A stretch of 64,000 bases of DNA, taken from assembly GCA_965240325.2 (NCBI GenBank), contig OZ251251.1, forward strand, positions 310,001 through 374,000, written 5' to 3'. This stretch comes from Rebecca billardiae RCC1528 (Eukaryota > Protista > Haptophyta). A model generated the notes under the pieces. It was not told the DNA's origin. It ran no database searches and saw only the letters and a program-made list of their open reading frames with translations. Of the stretch, positions 24,870-36,894 are shown one piece after another. The number at the start of each line of letters is the position of its first letter. Positions within the stretch are counted from its first letter, which is position 1. Both the position numbers and the translations under genes were made by a program.

Positions 24870-25928
24870 ATGATGTCGAGGATCAGCCGCAACGTGAACC
24901 AGCTCGAGCCATTCCAGCCCCTCCCCACGGACGACGAGCTCGCCTCCATCGGCGGGCGCTGGTTCGTCCGCCCCTCCGATGGCCGCCGCCTCGAGTATTT
25001 CGTGCGCGGCGGCGAGCGCGCAGCTCAAGCGCGCGCGGTCACGGTCGTCAACCTCGTGTGCACCACGGCGACGGCTCGGCTCTACCACGAGTGGGACGTC
25101 ACGGAGATGGAAAAGACCCTCACCGCCGGCGGCGGCCAGCTCGTGAGCGTGTCCACCGCCGGCGTCGGGCCGTCGGAGCCGTACGGCGAGCGCAGCATGC
25201 GCGACCCGCGCGTCAGCACCGCCGAGTACCTGCGCCGCACGTCCGAGGACGTGATCGCCCTCCTCGACCACCTCGGCGCGCGCCGGGTGTGCTTCGTGGG
25301 CGTGAGCGGTGGCTGGGAGCCCGCCGCGCACGCGGCGGCGACGCTGGCCAAGAGTGAGCCCTCGCGCGTGTGCGGCGCGTGTTGCATCTCCGGTGTGCCG
25401 TGGATGGACTCGGCGCGGCCGCGCAGCTTCTGGGAGCAGAGCATGGGCAAGGAGGGGTGGCAGATGTCCCTCGCCACGTGGTTCAACGCGTGGTCCGCCG
25501 CGCCCTACATCGTGCAGAGCATGTTCCCCATGGACGCCGCGCAGGCGGCCAAGGGCGTCAAGCCGGAGTCGCGCGAGGCGCTCGCGCGGCACGGCAGGGA
25601 CGCGGCGTGGCTCGAAGGCCTGTTCGCGGGCGTCAACCGCTCCGCCACGTGGTGGGCCTTCGTCAGCGGCTTCCTCGGGGCCATCGTCGCCAACCCCAAG
25701 GCAGACCCCGCAGCCACGGCGGACCTCGCCGCCCTGCGCTCCGTCCCTGTGCACGTGCACTTCTCGCCAGCGGACGGCATGGTGCCGATGGGCAGGGTGG
25801 TGGCGTGGCTCACGCAGGCCGAGCGGCTGCCGGGCGCCGTGCTCTTCCAGAACACGCACGACCACCTGGACCCGCCGTTCGTCAAGGCGGTGGCCGAGCT
25901 CCTCGCCGCCGCGAGCCGCACGAGATGA
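24870..25928 (+). CDS. Alpha/beta hydrolase fold protein
   Basis: DGRRLEY N-terminus, AGVGPSEP, nucleophile elbow FVGVSGG, PVHVHFSPADGMVP and C-terminal HDH. Confidence 0.85.
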   Translation: MMSRISRNVNQLEPFQPLPTDDELASIGGRWFVRPSDGRRLEYFVRGGERAAQARAVTVVNLVCTTATARLYHEWDVTEMEKTLTAGGGQLVSVSTAGVGPSEPYGERSMRDPRVSTAEYLRRTSEDVIALLDHLGARRVCFVGVSGGWEPAAHAAATLAKSEPSRVCGACCISGVPWMDSARPRSFWEQSMGKEGWQMSLATWFNAWSAAPYIVQSMFPMDAAQAAKGVKPESREALARHGRDAAWLEGLFAGVNRSATWWAFVSGFLGAIVANPKADPAATADLAALRSVPVHVHFSPADGMVPMGRVVAWLTQAERLPGAVLFQNTHDHLDPPFVKAVAELLAAASRTR

Positions 25929-27250
25929 GGAAGCAGCGGAGTAGCGTTGACGACGAATATATGACGCGGCTCGCGTCCGCCGCTTAAGCGTCGCGCCTTG
26001 CGCCGCCGCCACTCGTCAGCGCTAGCTACTAGCTATAGCTATATATATATAGCTATATATTAAATGCTATACGGTCCACGCGCCCGTTTCGCCCATATCA
26101 CTCTCAGTCGATCGATGTAATCTGCGCGCGCGATCACAGACCGCCAGCCCGGATGGCCGCGGATCAGATGCCGCGCTGTCCGGCTGTCGGACGCGGATCG
26201 CCAACGGCAGTATGCGATCATCATCATATCATCAGGTCGCGTCGCGGCACTGACGATGTCGATCGCGTCATCGCCGGTGGCATCGCGTCGCGCGATGATA
26301 TATGTGCTGACGACTACGCGACGCTATACTCGTCGAGCTGATCATCTGTCCGTGCCATCGCGCGATGAATATAATCGATCGTCAATAAATATCAATCGAT
26401 CGATCGGATGAACCGTGGCGGCAGCACCGCGCTGCGCCGCCGCCGTGACTCGCGATCTGACCGTCTACACGCGAGTCACTCTGCCAGTGGCCGACGGTCC
26501 CGGGAGGCCGCGCAGGCCGGTGCAGCGCCGTCATAGTGTAGTGACTGTCTGAATCACACTCGGAGTTACTGGCTCGCGCGTGAGCCCGTGACGCGACAGG
26601 CGCGACTGATATGACATGACGATGATGCGCGCATCATATATGCGGCGCGAAGTGCCGCGAACGCGGCATGAAAAAAATTCCCCCGCATCCCCACTGGGCG
26701 GAAGTGCGGACGGGTTACGGTAACGCCGAAAATCGATTTCTTTACTGTGTATATCGATATCATGCAGCAGTGCTGACAGTGACGACACGCTTGGCGGCGC
26801 TCGCAGGCTCAGGCGCTCAGCCTCATTGCGGCAGCCGACTTGCTGCATCACTGTGACTGCGCTCATGCAGCGCCAGCACGGGCCGCGCACAGCGGTGCGA
26901 CTGACCGATGTGATAATGATTGATGCCGAGTGACAAGTCAGCCAGGAGCTCGGCGGGAGGGGCGGTCATGCTGTCTCGTCGTCTGTTTCAGTGTCAATCG
27001 CATGCGCGACGCGCGCGGCCCGCTGCGCAAGTACAACCTCCTCATTGCCAACGTCACACAGGAAGCCTGCATGATGGATCGCGGTTGCGTCTCTACTCGC
27101 GTCGTCGTCCGTGATGGATGGCTCCTCCTGCTGCTCATTCGCCGTGTGATGGATGGCTCCTCCTGCTGCTGACGACGGCACTGACGGCTGCGCCTGCGGC
27201 TGCGCACATCGCCAGCCCTTCGCCTCCTCCTGCAGCGGCACCGCCGCCCG

Positions 27251-29038
27251 TCAGCACAAGCCCCTGGGCGGGCCGAGCAGCGCGTGCGCGTGCGCGCCCA
27301 CCTCGCGCAGCGCGGCGCAGCCCTCGTGCGCGCGCGCCGCGTGCCGCAGCGCCGCCGTCGCGCCGCGCGCCGCGCGCGCCGCCGAGTCGCGCGCCGCGAC
27401 GTCGCCGCGCGCGTGGTGCAGCCGCGCGCGCACGTACGCGCACGTCGCGAAGCCGTGCAGGTCGCCCGCGCGCGTGTACAGCGCCTCGGCGCGCGCAAGC
27501 AGCGGCAGCGTGCGCCGGCCTAGCACCGCGCGCGCGCGCGCGCGCGTGCGCTGCTGCGCGCTCGCCGCCAGCGAGCACTTGGCCTGCGGACGGGGGCGCG
27601 GGCGCGCGGCGGGGTCGCGGCGCGGTCGGTGCGGGCGGGCTGCGCGCCGCACGCCGCGCTCGCGCACGCGCCCGGCGCGCCGCCGCCGCGCCCGGCGCGC
27701 ACGCACGCACCCGCAGCAGAAAAAGGCGCGCGCACAGCTCCTGTGCGCCAGTGCGCAGGAGAGCGGGCGTGGCCGCGTCGAGCAGCGCCGCGGCGTCGGC
27801 GTGGCCGCGCGCGCCCGCGCCCGCGCCGAGCATCGCCTCGGCGAGCGCGAGCGCCGCCGCGGGCGCGAGCGCGCCGCAGCTCGACTCGCCGCCGTGCGCG
27901 TGCGGCGCGGCGAACGCGTGCGCGGCCAGCGCGTGCGGCAGCGAGCGCAGCGGCGCGCGCGCGCCCGCGAACGCGCGCGCGAGCGCGAGGGTGGAGGAGA
28001 GGCGCACGGCCGCCGCGCCGCCCGCCTCGACGCCCGCCGCCGCCGCGGCCAGGTGCGCGTGCGCGCGCGCGGCCGCGTCGACGCACCGCCCCGCGCGCAG
28101 GTCGAGCTCGATGGCGCAGCGCCGCGCGTCCGCGGCCGCGGCCAGCTCGGCGCGCGTGAGCGCACACAGCGCGTGCAGCGCGCCGTGCGCCGCGCCCATC
28201 CGCCCGCTCACGGCGTGCGCGCAGAGCGCCACCTGCGGCGGCGCGGGGCCGCGGGGCGCGGGGGGCGTGGGCGCGGCGCGGCGCGGGCGGCGCCGCCGCG
28301 CGCCGCGCGCGGGGGCCGCCGCCCAGCCTCGCAGCAGCGCACCTGTGCGTAACCGCGCCACAGAGTAACCGACGCCGCGCCCGCGCCGCAGAGCGGCGCC
28401 ACGCGCGCAAGCTCCGCCGCCGCCGCGCGCCCGCCCGCGGAGCCGAGCGCGATCAGCGCGAGCTGCGCGGCGGCGGCCGCGCGCTCGGCCGCGGGCACCG
28501 GCGGGCGCGCGTGCGGCAGCGCGGGCGGCGCGCCACCGGCGGCGGCGGCGGCGGCGGCGGCGGCTCCGGCGGCGGCGGCGGCGGGCGCGGCGCGCGCGGC
28601 GGCCGCGTGGTGCGCGCGCGCGAGCAGCGCGGCCGCGTGCGTCTCGCCCGCGGCGGCGGCGGCGGCGGCGCGCACGAGCAGCGCCGGCGGCGCGTCCGCG
28701 CCGTCCGCGCCGGCCGCGGTGAGCGCGCGCCACGCGGCCAGCGGCGGCGAGGGCAGCGTCGCCGCGCCCCAGCCGAGCGCGCCGCCCGCGCCGGGCGCGC
28801 GGCGCGGCGCGGGCGCTGTTGGTAGCAGCTGCGCGCGCTGCAGCGCGGTCGCGAGCGCCGCCGCGCCCGCCGTGCCGCCCAGCCCGAGCTGCGCCGCGCG
28901 GCGCGCGCACAGCGCCAGCAGCAGGCCGTCGGTCACCCGCGCGCGCCACAGCGCGCACCCGCCGCCGCCCGCGCCCGGCGCGCCGCCGGCGCGCGCGCGC
29001 GCGATCGCGCCGCCCGCGCGCAGCAGGCCGCCGCCGCG

Positions 29039-29079
<41 letters not shown>

Positions 29080-29417
29080 TGCCCGCGCCGACGCCGCCGC
29101 CGCCCGCGCGCACGCTCCCCGCGAGCGGCGCGCTCGGCGGCGCGCGCACCGCGGGCGTGAGCGGCGACACGCCCGCCGCCGCGGCGGCGCGCGCCAGCCA
29201 CAGCAGCGCCGTCGTCAGCCACGCCACGTCCGACGAGCGCTGCGCGATCCTCACCCCTTCCAGCATGGCGGCGATGCCCTCGGTCCACGCGCCGAAGGCG
29301 GCGTGGAGCGAGCCGAGCTGCGCGGCGGCCCAGGGCTGCGTGCACCCGCCGCCGCCCGCGCCGCCGCCGCCCTCGCCGCCCGCCGCCGCCACCAGCGCGT
29401 GCGCGCTGCCCGCGCCG

Positions 29418-29450
<33 letters not shown>

Positions 29451-29562
29451 CCGCCCGCGCCCGGCGCGGCGGCGGCGACGGCGAGCGTGGCCGCCTCGCC
29501 GCCGGGCGTGCCGCCCGCGCCGCCGCCGAGCGCGAGCGGCGCGTGCAGCGCGGCCGCGACGA

Positions 29563-29599
<37 letters not shown>

Positions 29600-30076
29600 G
29601 CCGAGCGCGGGCCACGCCGACGCGGCCGCGCCGGCGCGGCCGGCGCCGCCGCCGCCCGGCTGGCCGCCCGCCGCCTGCGACGAGGACGCGGCCGTGGCGA
29701 CGGCGTGGTCGGCGAAGCGGTGCAGCGCCTCGGCCGCGCCCTCGAGCTCCGCCTCGTGCACGCACAGCGCGTGCAGCGCGAGGTGCACCGCCGCCGCGTC
29801 CTGCGCGCGCACGCGCGGCTGCCGCGCCGCGGACGCGAGCGGCGGCGCGCCGGCGCACGCCGCCGCCGCGCCGCCGCGCGCGCCCGCGTCCGCGCCGCCG
29901 CCGCCGCCGCCGCCGCCCGCGCACGCGGCGCCGCCGCCCGCGCGCGCGGAGCGCAGGAAGGCGCGCAGCTGCGCGTGCGCGCGCGCGTCGCCCGCGTGCA
30001 TCCCGTCCACCGCCGCGCCGAGGAAGCCGCTCACGCCCACGTCGCGCCCGGCGCCCGGCCCCGCGCCGCCGCCGAT

Positions 30077-30110
<34 letters not shown>

Positions 30111-30715
30111 TAGCCATAGCCGCCGAGCCCGGCCGGGTCGTCGAGGCTGGCGCGCTCGCTGGGCTCGCTCGGCGGCGCGGGCGAGGCGGCGATGAGCGAG
30201 AGCCCGCCCGCCGTCGCCGAGCGCGGCCGCTTCCGCGGCGACGGGTCCTCGCCGCCCGCGCCCGCGCGCGCGGCCGCCTGCGCGGCCAGAGCCGCCGCGG
30301 CCGCGGCCGCCGTGAGCGCCGCCGCGCCCTCCGCTGTGTACCCTGGGAGAGAGGCGAAGAGGCGGGAGTGCGCGGCGAAGGAGGAGGAGCGCGCGCCGAG
30401 CTGGGCGGTGCGCACGAACACGCCGAGCGTCGACGTGCGCTCCAGCTGCGACGCCGCCACCTCCGCGCCGCTCAGCCCGGCACACGGCGGCGGCCACAGT
30501 GCGGCGCGCTCGGCCGCGTCGGCTGACGCGCCGCCGCCGATACCGCCGCCGCCGCCGCCGCCCGCGCGCCGCAGGTGCGAGCGCTCGAGGAGGCAGAGCG
30601 CCGCGGCGCCGTCGACGAGCGCGGAGATGTCCTCGGGCGCGCGCACGGAGGCGAGCGCGCCGAGCAGCGCCGCGCCGAGCGCCAGACCCTCCGACACCGC
30701 CGCCGCCGGCTGCGC

Positions 30716-30748
<33 letters not shown>

Positions 30749-31351
30749 GACGCTGCCGCCCGCGCCCGCCGACGCGCGCCGGCCGGCCGCGCCGGCGCCG
30801 CGCGCCGCGAGCGGCTCGGCGGGGGCGCACGGCGTCTTGGGCAGCGCGGCGGCCAGCGCCGCGCACAGCGCGCCGAGCGACGGCTCGCGCAGCCCGCCGG
30901 CGAGCGCGGCGACGGCGCTCTCGCCTTCGCCGAGCGGCGCGGACCCGGCGGGCGGCGCGGCGCGCGCCGCGAGCGCGCCCGCGGGGCAGAGGCGCGCGAG
31001 CAGCGCGCCGAGCGCGACGCGGCCGGCGGGGGAGAGCGTGTACGCCTCGGCCGCGCCCACCTCCGCCGAAGCGTCGCCCTGCGACGCCAGCGCCGCCGCG
31101 GCGAGCACGCCCGCGCGGCCGCCGCCCGCGTGCAGCGCGCCCGCGCCGCGCAGCAGGTCGAGGCAGATGGCGCCTGAGGCGTCGACGGGCAGCCAGAGCT
31201 CGGAGGACTGGTACATGCGCACCAGCGCGGTGAGCGCCAGCGTGTGCGGCGTGAGCACGCGGCCGAACGCCGGCAGCGCGAGCGGCGCGGGCGGCAGCTG
31301 CCGCGGGCCGATCGGAGTCGCGCGCTGCTGCGCGCGCGCGGTGCTCGCCAT
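27251..31351 (-). CDS. APC5: Anaphase-promoting complex subunit 5 with long Ala/Gly-rich insertions
   Basis: Motifs LTPHTLAL, STLGVFVRTAQLGARSSSF, HLALHALCVHEAELEGAAEALHRFADH, AQLGSLHAAFG...MLEGVRIAQRSSD and YVRARLHHARGDVAARDSAA match the order of APC5 conserved blocks; introns 28233-28342 and 27584-27710. Confidence 0.8.
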
Positions 31352-31814
31352 CGGGAGCAGCGCGCGCGACGGGCGCGCGGGGCGCGGGGCGAGCGAGCAA
31401 GCCTCGCCCGCGCGGGAGCCGCGCCGGACGGCGCGTCGGCGTGCGCGGCGCGCGCGAGGCCACGGCCCTCCGCGAGCGGCGGTGCGCTCGCCGCGAGCTG
31501 CGCGCAGCCGACTGCTCGAGTCGATCGAGCGCTTTGGCTCAAGCGGCGGCGCGCAGTACTTCTGAAGTCCGGCGCAGTCCGGGCTTTTTCGGCTTCCGGC
31601 TGTGTTTGGACTAATTCTATGATTTAAAGACACAGGCACGAGGGCGCAGCTCTCCTGATTCGTCTGTCGAAGTACTGAATGGAGTTAATGGAGGATGTCG
31701 GAGCGCGTTGGCCGCGGGTGAGGGAGTCGTCGTAACCGATGCTGATCACACGGTCACTGAGGTAGTAGGCGCCCGGGGATGCCGCTGTTTTGCAGTCGTC
31801 GTCGGCCTTGGTCA

Positions 31815-33209
31815 TCATGTAGTTGCCCGTGTCGTCGTCGTCCGAGGCTGTTCAAGTTGATGCCGTAGTGCAGGTAGTGGATGTGGTCGCCCGGGCCGGT
31901 GTGCGCGGCCTAGTGGCCTTGCCGAGTTGAGGGAGTAGTCGCCCTTGCCGTTGAGGAAGTCGTCGTCCTTGCCGTTGAGGAAGTCGTCGCCCTGGCCGCA
32001 GAGGAAGTCGTCGCCCTTGCCGTTGAGGAAGTCGTCGTCCTGGCCGCTGAGGGTGCCTGCGCTGCCCAACCGGGCGCGTCTGGCGCGCCAGCGCCGCGCG
32101 CGGCTCTACGCCAGCGACTGCGGCGCGGCGGCAGCCAGGTCACGGGGGGGGTCGCCGAGGGACGCGGTGCGAGCCTGCTTGGCCGGCTTGGCGTCGCTCC
32201 CGCCAGCGGAGGAGGGCCCATCCTCCTCCGCCGGCGTGGACGGCTCGGTCGCCGCGCGCTTGCCGGCTGCCGCGGCGCCGGGGGGCAGGACCAGGCGGTA
32301 GTTGGACTCCCCGAGCGCCGGCCTGGCCTGTTGCACCTCGGGCCCGTCCGACGGCGCGGCCGCGGTTGGTGGCTGGGGTGGCGGGATGGCATCGTCCGAA
32401 CCCTCCCCCTCGGGCTCCTCCGCCTCCGGGCCGGCGGGGTCCGCCGCCTGTTGGTCGGCCGGCTGAGGAGCAGGGCGGCGCGCAGCGGCGGGCGGCGCGG
32501 GCGGCACAGGCGGCGCGGGCGGCACGCCCCACAGGTTGTGTGGGACGCGGGCGGCGCCGGCGATGCGGCGGCTCGGCTTGAGCGGCGCGAAGAAGATGGG
32601 GTGCTCGGGGTCGATGGGCATGAAACGCAGGCGGAGGAAGATCAGGTTCACACCGCCGGAGTAGATGTTGGTCTCGACGTGCTCACCGTTGGTCACGTAC
32701 TTGTTGATGTCGGGCACGATCTGCTCGTAGAGGGCCCTGTGAAACTGCACGAGCGTCATCGTGGGGCTAACCGGGAGCGTGAGGGACACGTCCTTCGCCT
32801 GGGTTGCGAGGTCGGCCGCCGACAGCGCGAGCATCTCCTGCGTGAGCTCCGTGGTGCACGCCGTGAGAATGTTCGGCATGCACAGGCTGGTGGCCAGGCG
32901 GCGGCAGATGGTCATGTTCTCGAGCACCGAGCCGGTGAAGGAGAAAACGTGCTTATTGCCTTTGGGGTCCTGGGTGAGTCCTGAGAGCAGTCGCCCGCCT
33001 TGCGAGTTGGGCGCCACGTCGCTCAGGCAGCGCGCGCTCAGCTTGATCATCGTCGTGCACATCTGCTGGCCCGCATCCCGCCTGGCGGTGGGGGTGCTCG
33101 GCCGTTCCACCTGCAGCCCGCGCTCGAAGTTGTTGGAAGAGGGGAAGAAGCTCAAGGCGCTCCTGCTGTTGAGACGGTCGCGGAAAAAGCCGTGCTGGTA
33201 AGGGGGCAT
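31815..33209 (-). pseudogene. Intronless hypothetical ORF, probably transposon- or virus-derived, with an in-frame TAG at 32106-32108
   Basis: ATG at 33209 starts a globular-looking region of about 215 aa, then a Pro/Ala linker. The same frame resumes after the TAG into the 21-bp repeats. Composition differs from host genes; a G-run and a TTGAAAT...ATTTCAA palindrome lie upstream. Confidence 0.4.
31917..32052. repeat. 21-bp tandem repeat, about 6 copies, reading DDFLNGK/G on the minus strand
   Basis: gccgttgaggaagtcgtcgccctt-like units. Confidence 0.85.
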
Positions 33210-33873
33210 GGTGGCCGGTGTGGCGGGCGCGGGGCTGCGGAGGGCCGGGGGGCGGGTGCGGAAGCACTGCGGTGCGAGCGAGGTCGGTGCTGGTGCCAAA
33301 GGCATTTCGGCGCGCGGGGTTGAAATCAAATTTCAAAACCCAGGTCCGGAGTGGCCCCGCCGGTCCCCCGGACCACGGCGGCCCGTCGTGCGTTTCGGGG
33401 GGAGAGGGGTTTGTCGCGAAACGGGCAGGATGGGGAAAAGGGGGGGGGGGGGGGGGGGCTCGCGGCCGCCGCGGGGAGGCCGGGACGGGCGCGGTCTCCA
33501 CCTGAGGGCCGGGCGCTGCTCAGGAAGGAGGGCGGCCCACACTCCGCGTGTCGCTCCCCAGTGCCTCCGCACAGGCACACCGCAGGTGTTCGCCGTCGTG
33601 TCGGGATGAGCATGCGCTTGGCGTCCGCACCCGGGGCCAGTCCTTTCATGGTCAGCAAGCAGGCGGGGGGGGGGCGTGCGTGTGCAAGCGCGGGTGGATA
33701 TGTCGTGTCTGCGATATGCGGAGTGTTGGATGCGGGTTGCGCCGGTGCCCCAGGGCACCGGTGAGTGTGTAGCTGTTTCGGGCACGCCTCGCGAACGCGA
33801 GGCGCTGGAAGACATGGCCACTCGTCGCCCTTGGCATGGGTATTTGATGGTCCTTTGTTCACACTCACAGAAT

Positions 33874-34002
33874 CACAGTCTGCAGTAGCCGGACCATCCA
33901 GAGTCTAGTCCAGACCAACCCCCTCCACCGCTTAAAGTGTGGGGGCCTGGGGGGACCCCGTGTCCGCCTGTCCGGGGCGTAGGTCCGGGTCTGCAGACTG
34001 TG
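33874..34002. mobile_element. MITE-like element of about 130 bp
   Basis: CACAGTCTGCAGtagCCGGACC and GGTCCGGgtCTGCAGACTGTG form inverted termini; no clear TSD. Confidence 0.5.
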
Positions 34003-34156
34003 GGCGTTTACTCACTACTCGGGCCGGGCCGGGCCGCCTGGCCCCTGTCAGCAGAAGCAGTCCCCGGCGCCCGGCCGCCGGGCCGCGGCGGCCGCCGCGT
34101 CGGCCCGACTCGTACCAGTAGTACTTGGCACCGTCAGACTAGTGTCTGAGTGATGC

Positions 34157-35041
34157 CTATAGGCTATAGCGGCGGCTGCGCGGCTTGGCGTGTGGCGGCT
34201 GGAGTGCGCGGACGCTCTTCACGAGCACCTTCACCGCGTCCGTCGTCCCCATGTCGTACTCGAACGTGAGCGCCGCGCCCTGCGTGAGCGCCAGCTCGTA
34301 CAGCGTCGTGCCGCCCTCCTCCGTCTGCGCGGGGAAGCGCGAGCCTTCGCCGCACTCGGGGTACGGGCCGGAGAGCTGGTCAGGGATGTCGACGGAGGCC
34401 GCGCGCGCCTTGGCGCGCGGCATCCGCGTGCCGTCCGCCGTGACGAAGTTCTCCATGATCGGGTCCGCGCGCAGCGGGCGCGCGAGCCACTGCGCGCTGA
34501 ACGACCACAAGTGCGCGTCCACGCCCCAGTCCTGCCCGCGCACGCGCGAGAGCACGGCGGTGTTGATCCGGTCGGCGAGCGCGTACAGCGTCTCGTCCGC
34601 GCGCATCGTCACCACCGGCGCCGGCCCACCGCCGTGCCGGTGCTGCAGCCGCAGCTCGAGCTCGTACTCCTCGCGCTCGGCGAGGCGCTTTGAGAGCGCG
34701 CGCAGCGGGGGGCCGTCGTCGTCGTCGTCGTCGTCGTCGTCGAGCGGGACGAACGGCTCGAGCTGCCGCGCGCGGAAGTCGGCGAGCGCCGACTCGAGGT
34801 GCCACGGCCGCTCGGCGCCCTGATTCAGCCAGAGTCTCGCGGTCGTCTTGCGCACGGGCTGCTCTCGGCCGCGCGACGCCTCGTGCACAAACGTGCGGAC
34901 CATCTCGCGCTTGGGCGGGCTCAGCTCCTGCACGTCGTCCTCGGAGGTGTACACCTCCTCGCCCGAGCCCTCCGACTCCTCGCCCTCCGACTCGTCGGCA
35001 GGCGGAATGCCGCTGCCCGCCAAGCGCAAGGGCGCTGCCAT
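34157..35041 (-). CDS. Protein with a plasmid pRiA4b ORF3-like (MM3350-like) domain
   Basis: YELELRL...VTMRADETLYALADRIN...DAHLWSF...TTLYELALTQGAALTFEYDMG resembles the family pattern (TL..LH..I...W...HL..F ... L..G..F.YEYDFGD). Confidence 0.6.
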   Translation of the reverse strand: MAAPLRLAGSGIPPADESEGEESEGSGEEVYTSEDDVQELSPPKREMVRTFVHEASRGREQPVRKTTARLWLNQGAERPWHLESALADFRARQLEPFVPLDDDDDDDDDGPPLRALSKRLAEREEYELELRLQHRHGGGPAPVVTMRADETLYALADRINTAVLSRVRGQDWGVDAHLWSFSAQWLARPLRADPIMENFVTADGTRMPRAKARAASVDIPDQLSGPYPECGEGSRFPAQTEEGGTTLYELALTQGAALTFEYDMGTTDAVKVLVKSVRALQPPHAKPRSRRYSL

Positions 35042-35607
35042 CGTCGCCCTGGCCACTGCTGCAGGCGGAAATCGAAATCGGAATAATCGCGCCAATATAA
35101 TTCTGCTCCTCGACGTGGCCGCGAGCCACGGCGGAACGCCGCGCGTGAGCGTGCACCGTTCTCCGCGTCCGCCAGTTCAGCGCAGGCATTGATGCACGTG
35201 CGCATGCACGTCTCCTAAACGACGAAGGTCCTACACCTATAGTAGTACTATCATCCTGAAGGGGGCTGTCACGAATGCGCATCATCTGCAAGCAGGTGGG
35301 CGGTGGCGCGAGCTTTTGCAGTACTCACGTAGTCGTGGCGGAGTCGTGGCCCCGCCCGCGATGCCAATGGGCTCTGCTCCGCCGCAATAAATATAGCGCG
35401 TCGTCGTCGAAGGCTGGTCCAAGAAGTCGCCGGCAGCCGTCGGCGGCGGCTCCTGCCGCGGGCCGGCTGTCGCGTACAGTAGGCGCCCTCGGGCTCCGTG
35501 CGGGCATGGTGCCGCATGGTCGGCGTGCACCTCGCGGGTCCTCAGTGCTCTGCGCTCACGGTCCGCGCGGCGCGGCGCGCATCCCGCACGGCGCGCGCGG
35601 CCCGTCG

Positions 35608-36894
35608 TCATGCGAACGGCGGCGCCACGCGCGGCGGCGCGATCGGCCCGCGCACGCGCTGCATGTAGAAGCGCGACACCGTCGCGTCGGCGACCGCCGC
35701 CTCTGCCGAGCGCGCGCCGATGAACACGTCCATGTGCTCGCGCGCGCCCACCGCGTCGCGGCCGCGCGGCGCGGTGCAGACGAGCGTGCCGTTGTAGAGC
35801 AGCTCGACGGTGCTCGGGCCGTAGCGCGCGACGACGGTCGTCTCGGTGCCGATGGGCAGCGCCGCGCCCCGCGTCTGCGGGCACAGCATCTGCCCCGCCG
35901 CCGGCCCGCCCTCGGCGCCGCGCGCCGCCGCCGCCACCTCGTCGGCGCCGCCGCCGACCGGCCCGTCGAAGAAGCCGAGCGCCGTGGAGCGCGGCAGCAG
36001 CACGACGCGCGGCCCGCGCACGATGGGCGGCGGGCAGCACGCGCCGAGCGCGGTGCCGCCCCCCGCGCCCGGCGGCGCCGACACCTCGATCACCGTCGCG
36101 GGCGCGCCCGGCGGCGCCGCGCCGCGCGGCGTGAGCACAAAGCCGAGCTCAAACGCAGCCGGCAGGTACACCGTCCCCACGAGCCCGCCGGGCGCGCGCG
36201 CGGGCCGTATCGGGCGGGTGTGGTTGAAGGCGATCTCGGAGGCGCGGAGCGCGAGGCCGCCCACGCTCGCGTTCGCCACGCCGCCGCGCGTCGCGCCGAC
36301 GAACAGCATCATGCGCTCGCGCGGTGGGCGCGCAGGCCGCATCGCCGAGCACACGAGGCTGCCGTTGTATCGCACCTCGAGCGCGCACGGGAGGAAGTCG
36401 AGCTGCACGCGCGTGGGCGCGCCGAGGGGCAGGCTGATCGGCTCGGCGTCCTCGCAGTGCATGTCGTACGGCGTCTCGAACACGCCGAGCGACGACGAGT
36501 CCGGCATCAGCAGCACGAGCGGCGCGCGGTCGCCCGGCTCGCAGCAGAACCCCGCGCTCGAGCTCGTGAGCTGCACGACCGCCTCCGCCTCGGCGCGCGC
36601 GCGCGCCCACGGGCGCACGGTGAACTCCAGGCGGTAGGTGGAGGGCAGGCTGACCACGCCCACCAGCTTGCCCACACGCGGCAGCGCCGGCGAGTCGAGC
36701 TGCAAGAGCGTCTCGTACGAGAGCTCGCCGCCGCCGCCGCCGCCGCCGTCCGACGCGGGCGCGCGGCCCGGCGCGAGGTCGAGGCGGCTGTCGGGGGCGG
36801 GCGGGGGCAGGCTGAGGAGAAGGAGCGCGAGCAGAAGCGCCGCCGCGCACGACGCGCCCAGCGCGAGGGCGACCCGTCGGCCTGCGGCGTGCAT
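35608..36894 (-). CDS. Membrane-anchored or secreted protein with two tandem beta-sandwich (ConA/LamG-like) repeats
   Basis: N-terminal hydrophobic segment. Internal repeat LVGVVSLPSTYRLEFTVRP...YNGSLVC versus LVGTVYLPAAFELGFVLTP...YNGTLVC. Confidence 0.6.
   Translation of the reverse strand: MHAAGRRVALALGASCAAALLLALLLLSLPPPAPDSRLDLAPGRAPASDGGGGGGGELSYETLLQLDSPALPRVGKLVGVVSLPSTYRLEFTVRPWARARAEAEAVVQLTSSSAGFCCEPGDRAPLVLLMPDSSSLGVFETPYDMHCEDAEPISLPLGAPTRVQLDFLPCALEVRYNGSLVCSAMRPARPPRERMMLFVGATRGGVANASVGGLALRASEIAFNHTRPIRPARAPGGLVGTVYLPAAFELGFVLTPRGAAPPGAPATVIEVSAPPGAGGGTALGACCPPPIVRGPRVVLLPRSTALGFFDGPVGGGADEVAAAARGAEGGPAAGQMLCPQTRGAALPIGTETTVVARYGPSTVELLYNGTLVCTAPRGRDAVGAREHMDVFIGARSAEAAVADATVSRFYMQRVRGPIAPPRVAPPFA

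Noticed and set aside
26553-26749. CACTA/EnSpm-like element ending ...TTTCTTTACTGTG
   Set aside because: Only one plausible terminus; no matching inverted end or TSD found.
27110-27172. About 24-bp direct repeat (gtgatggatggctcctcctgctgct) downstream of APC5
   Set aside because: A simple local duplication with no evidence of function.
31917-32052. CRISPR-like array
   Set aside because: Contiguous 21-bp tandem units without unique spacers, in a eukaryotic context with no cas genes.
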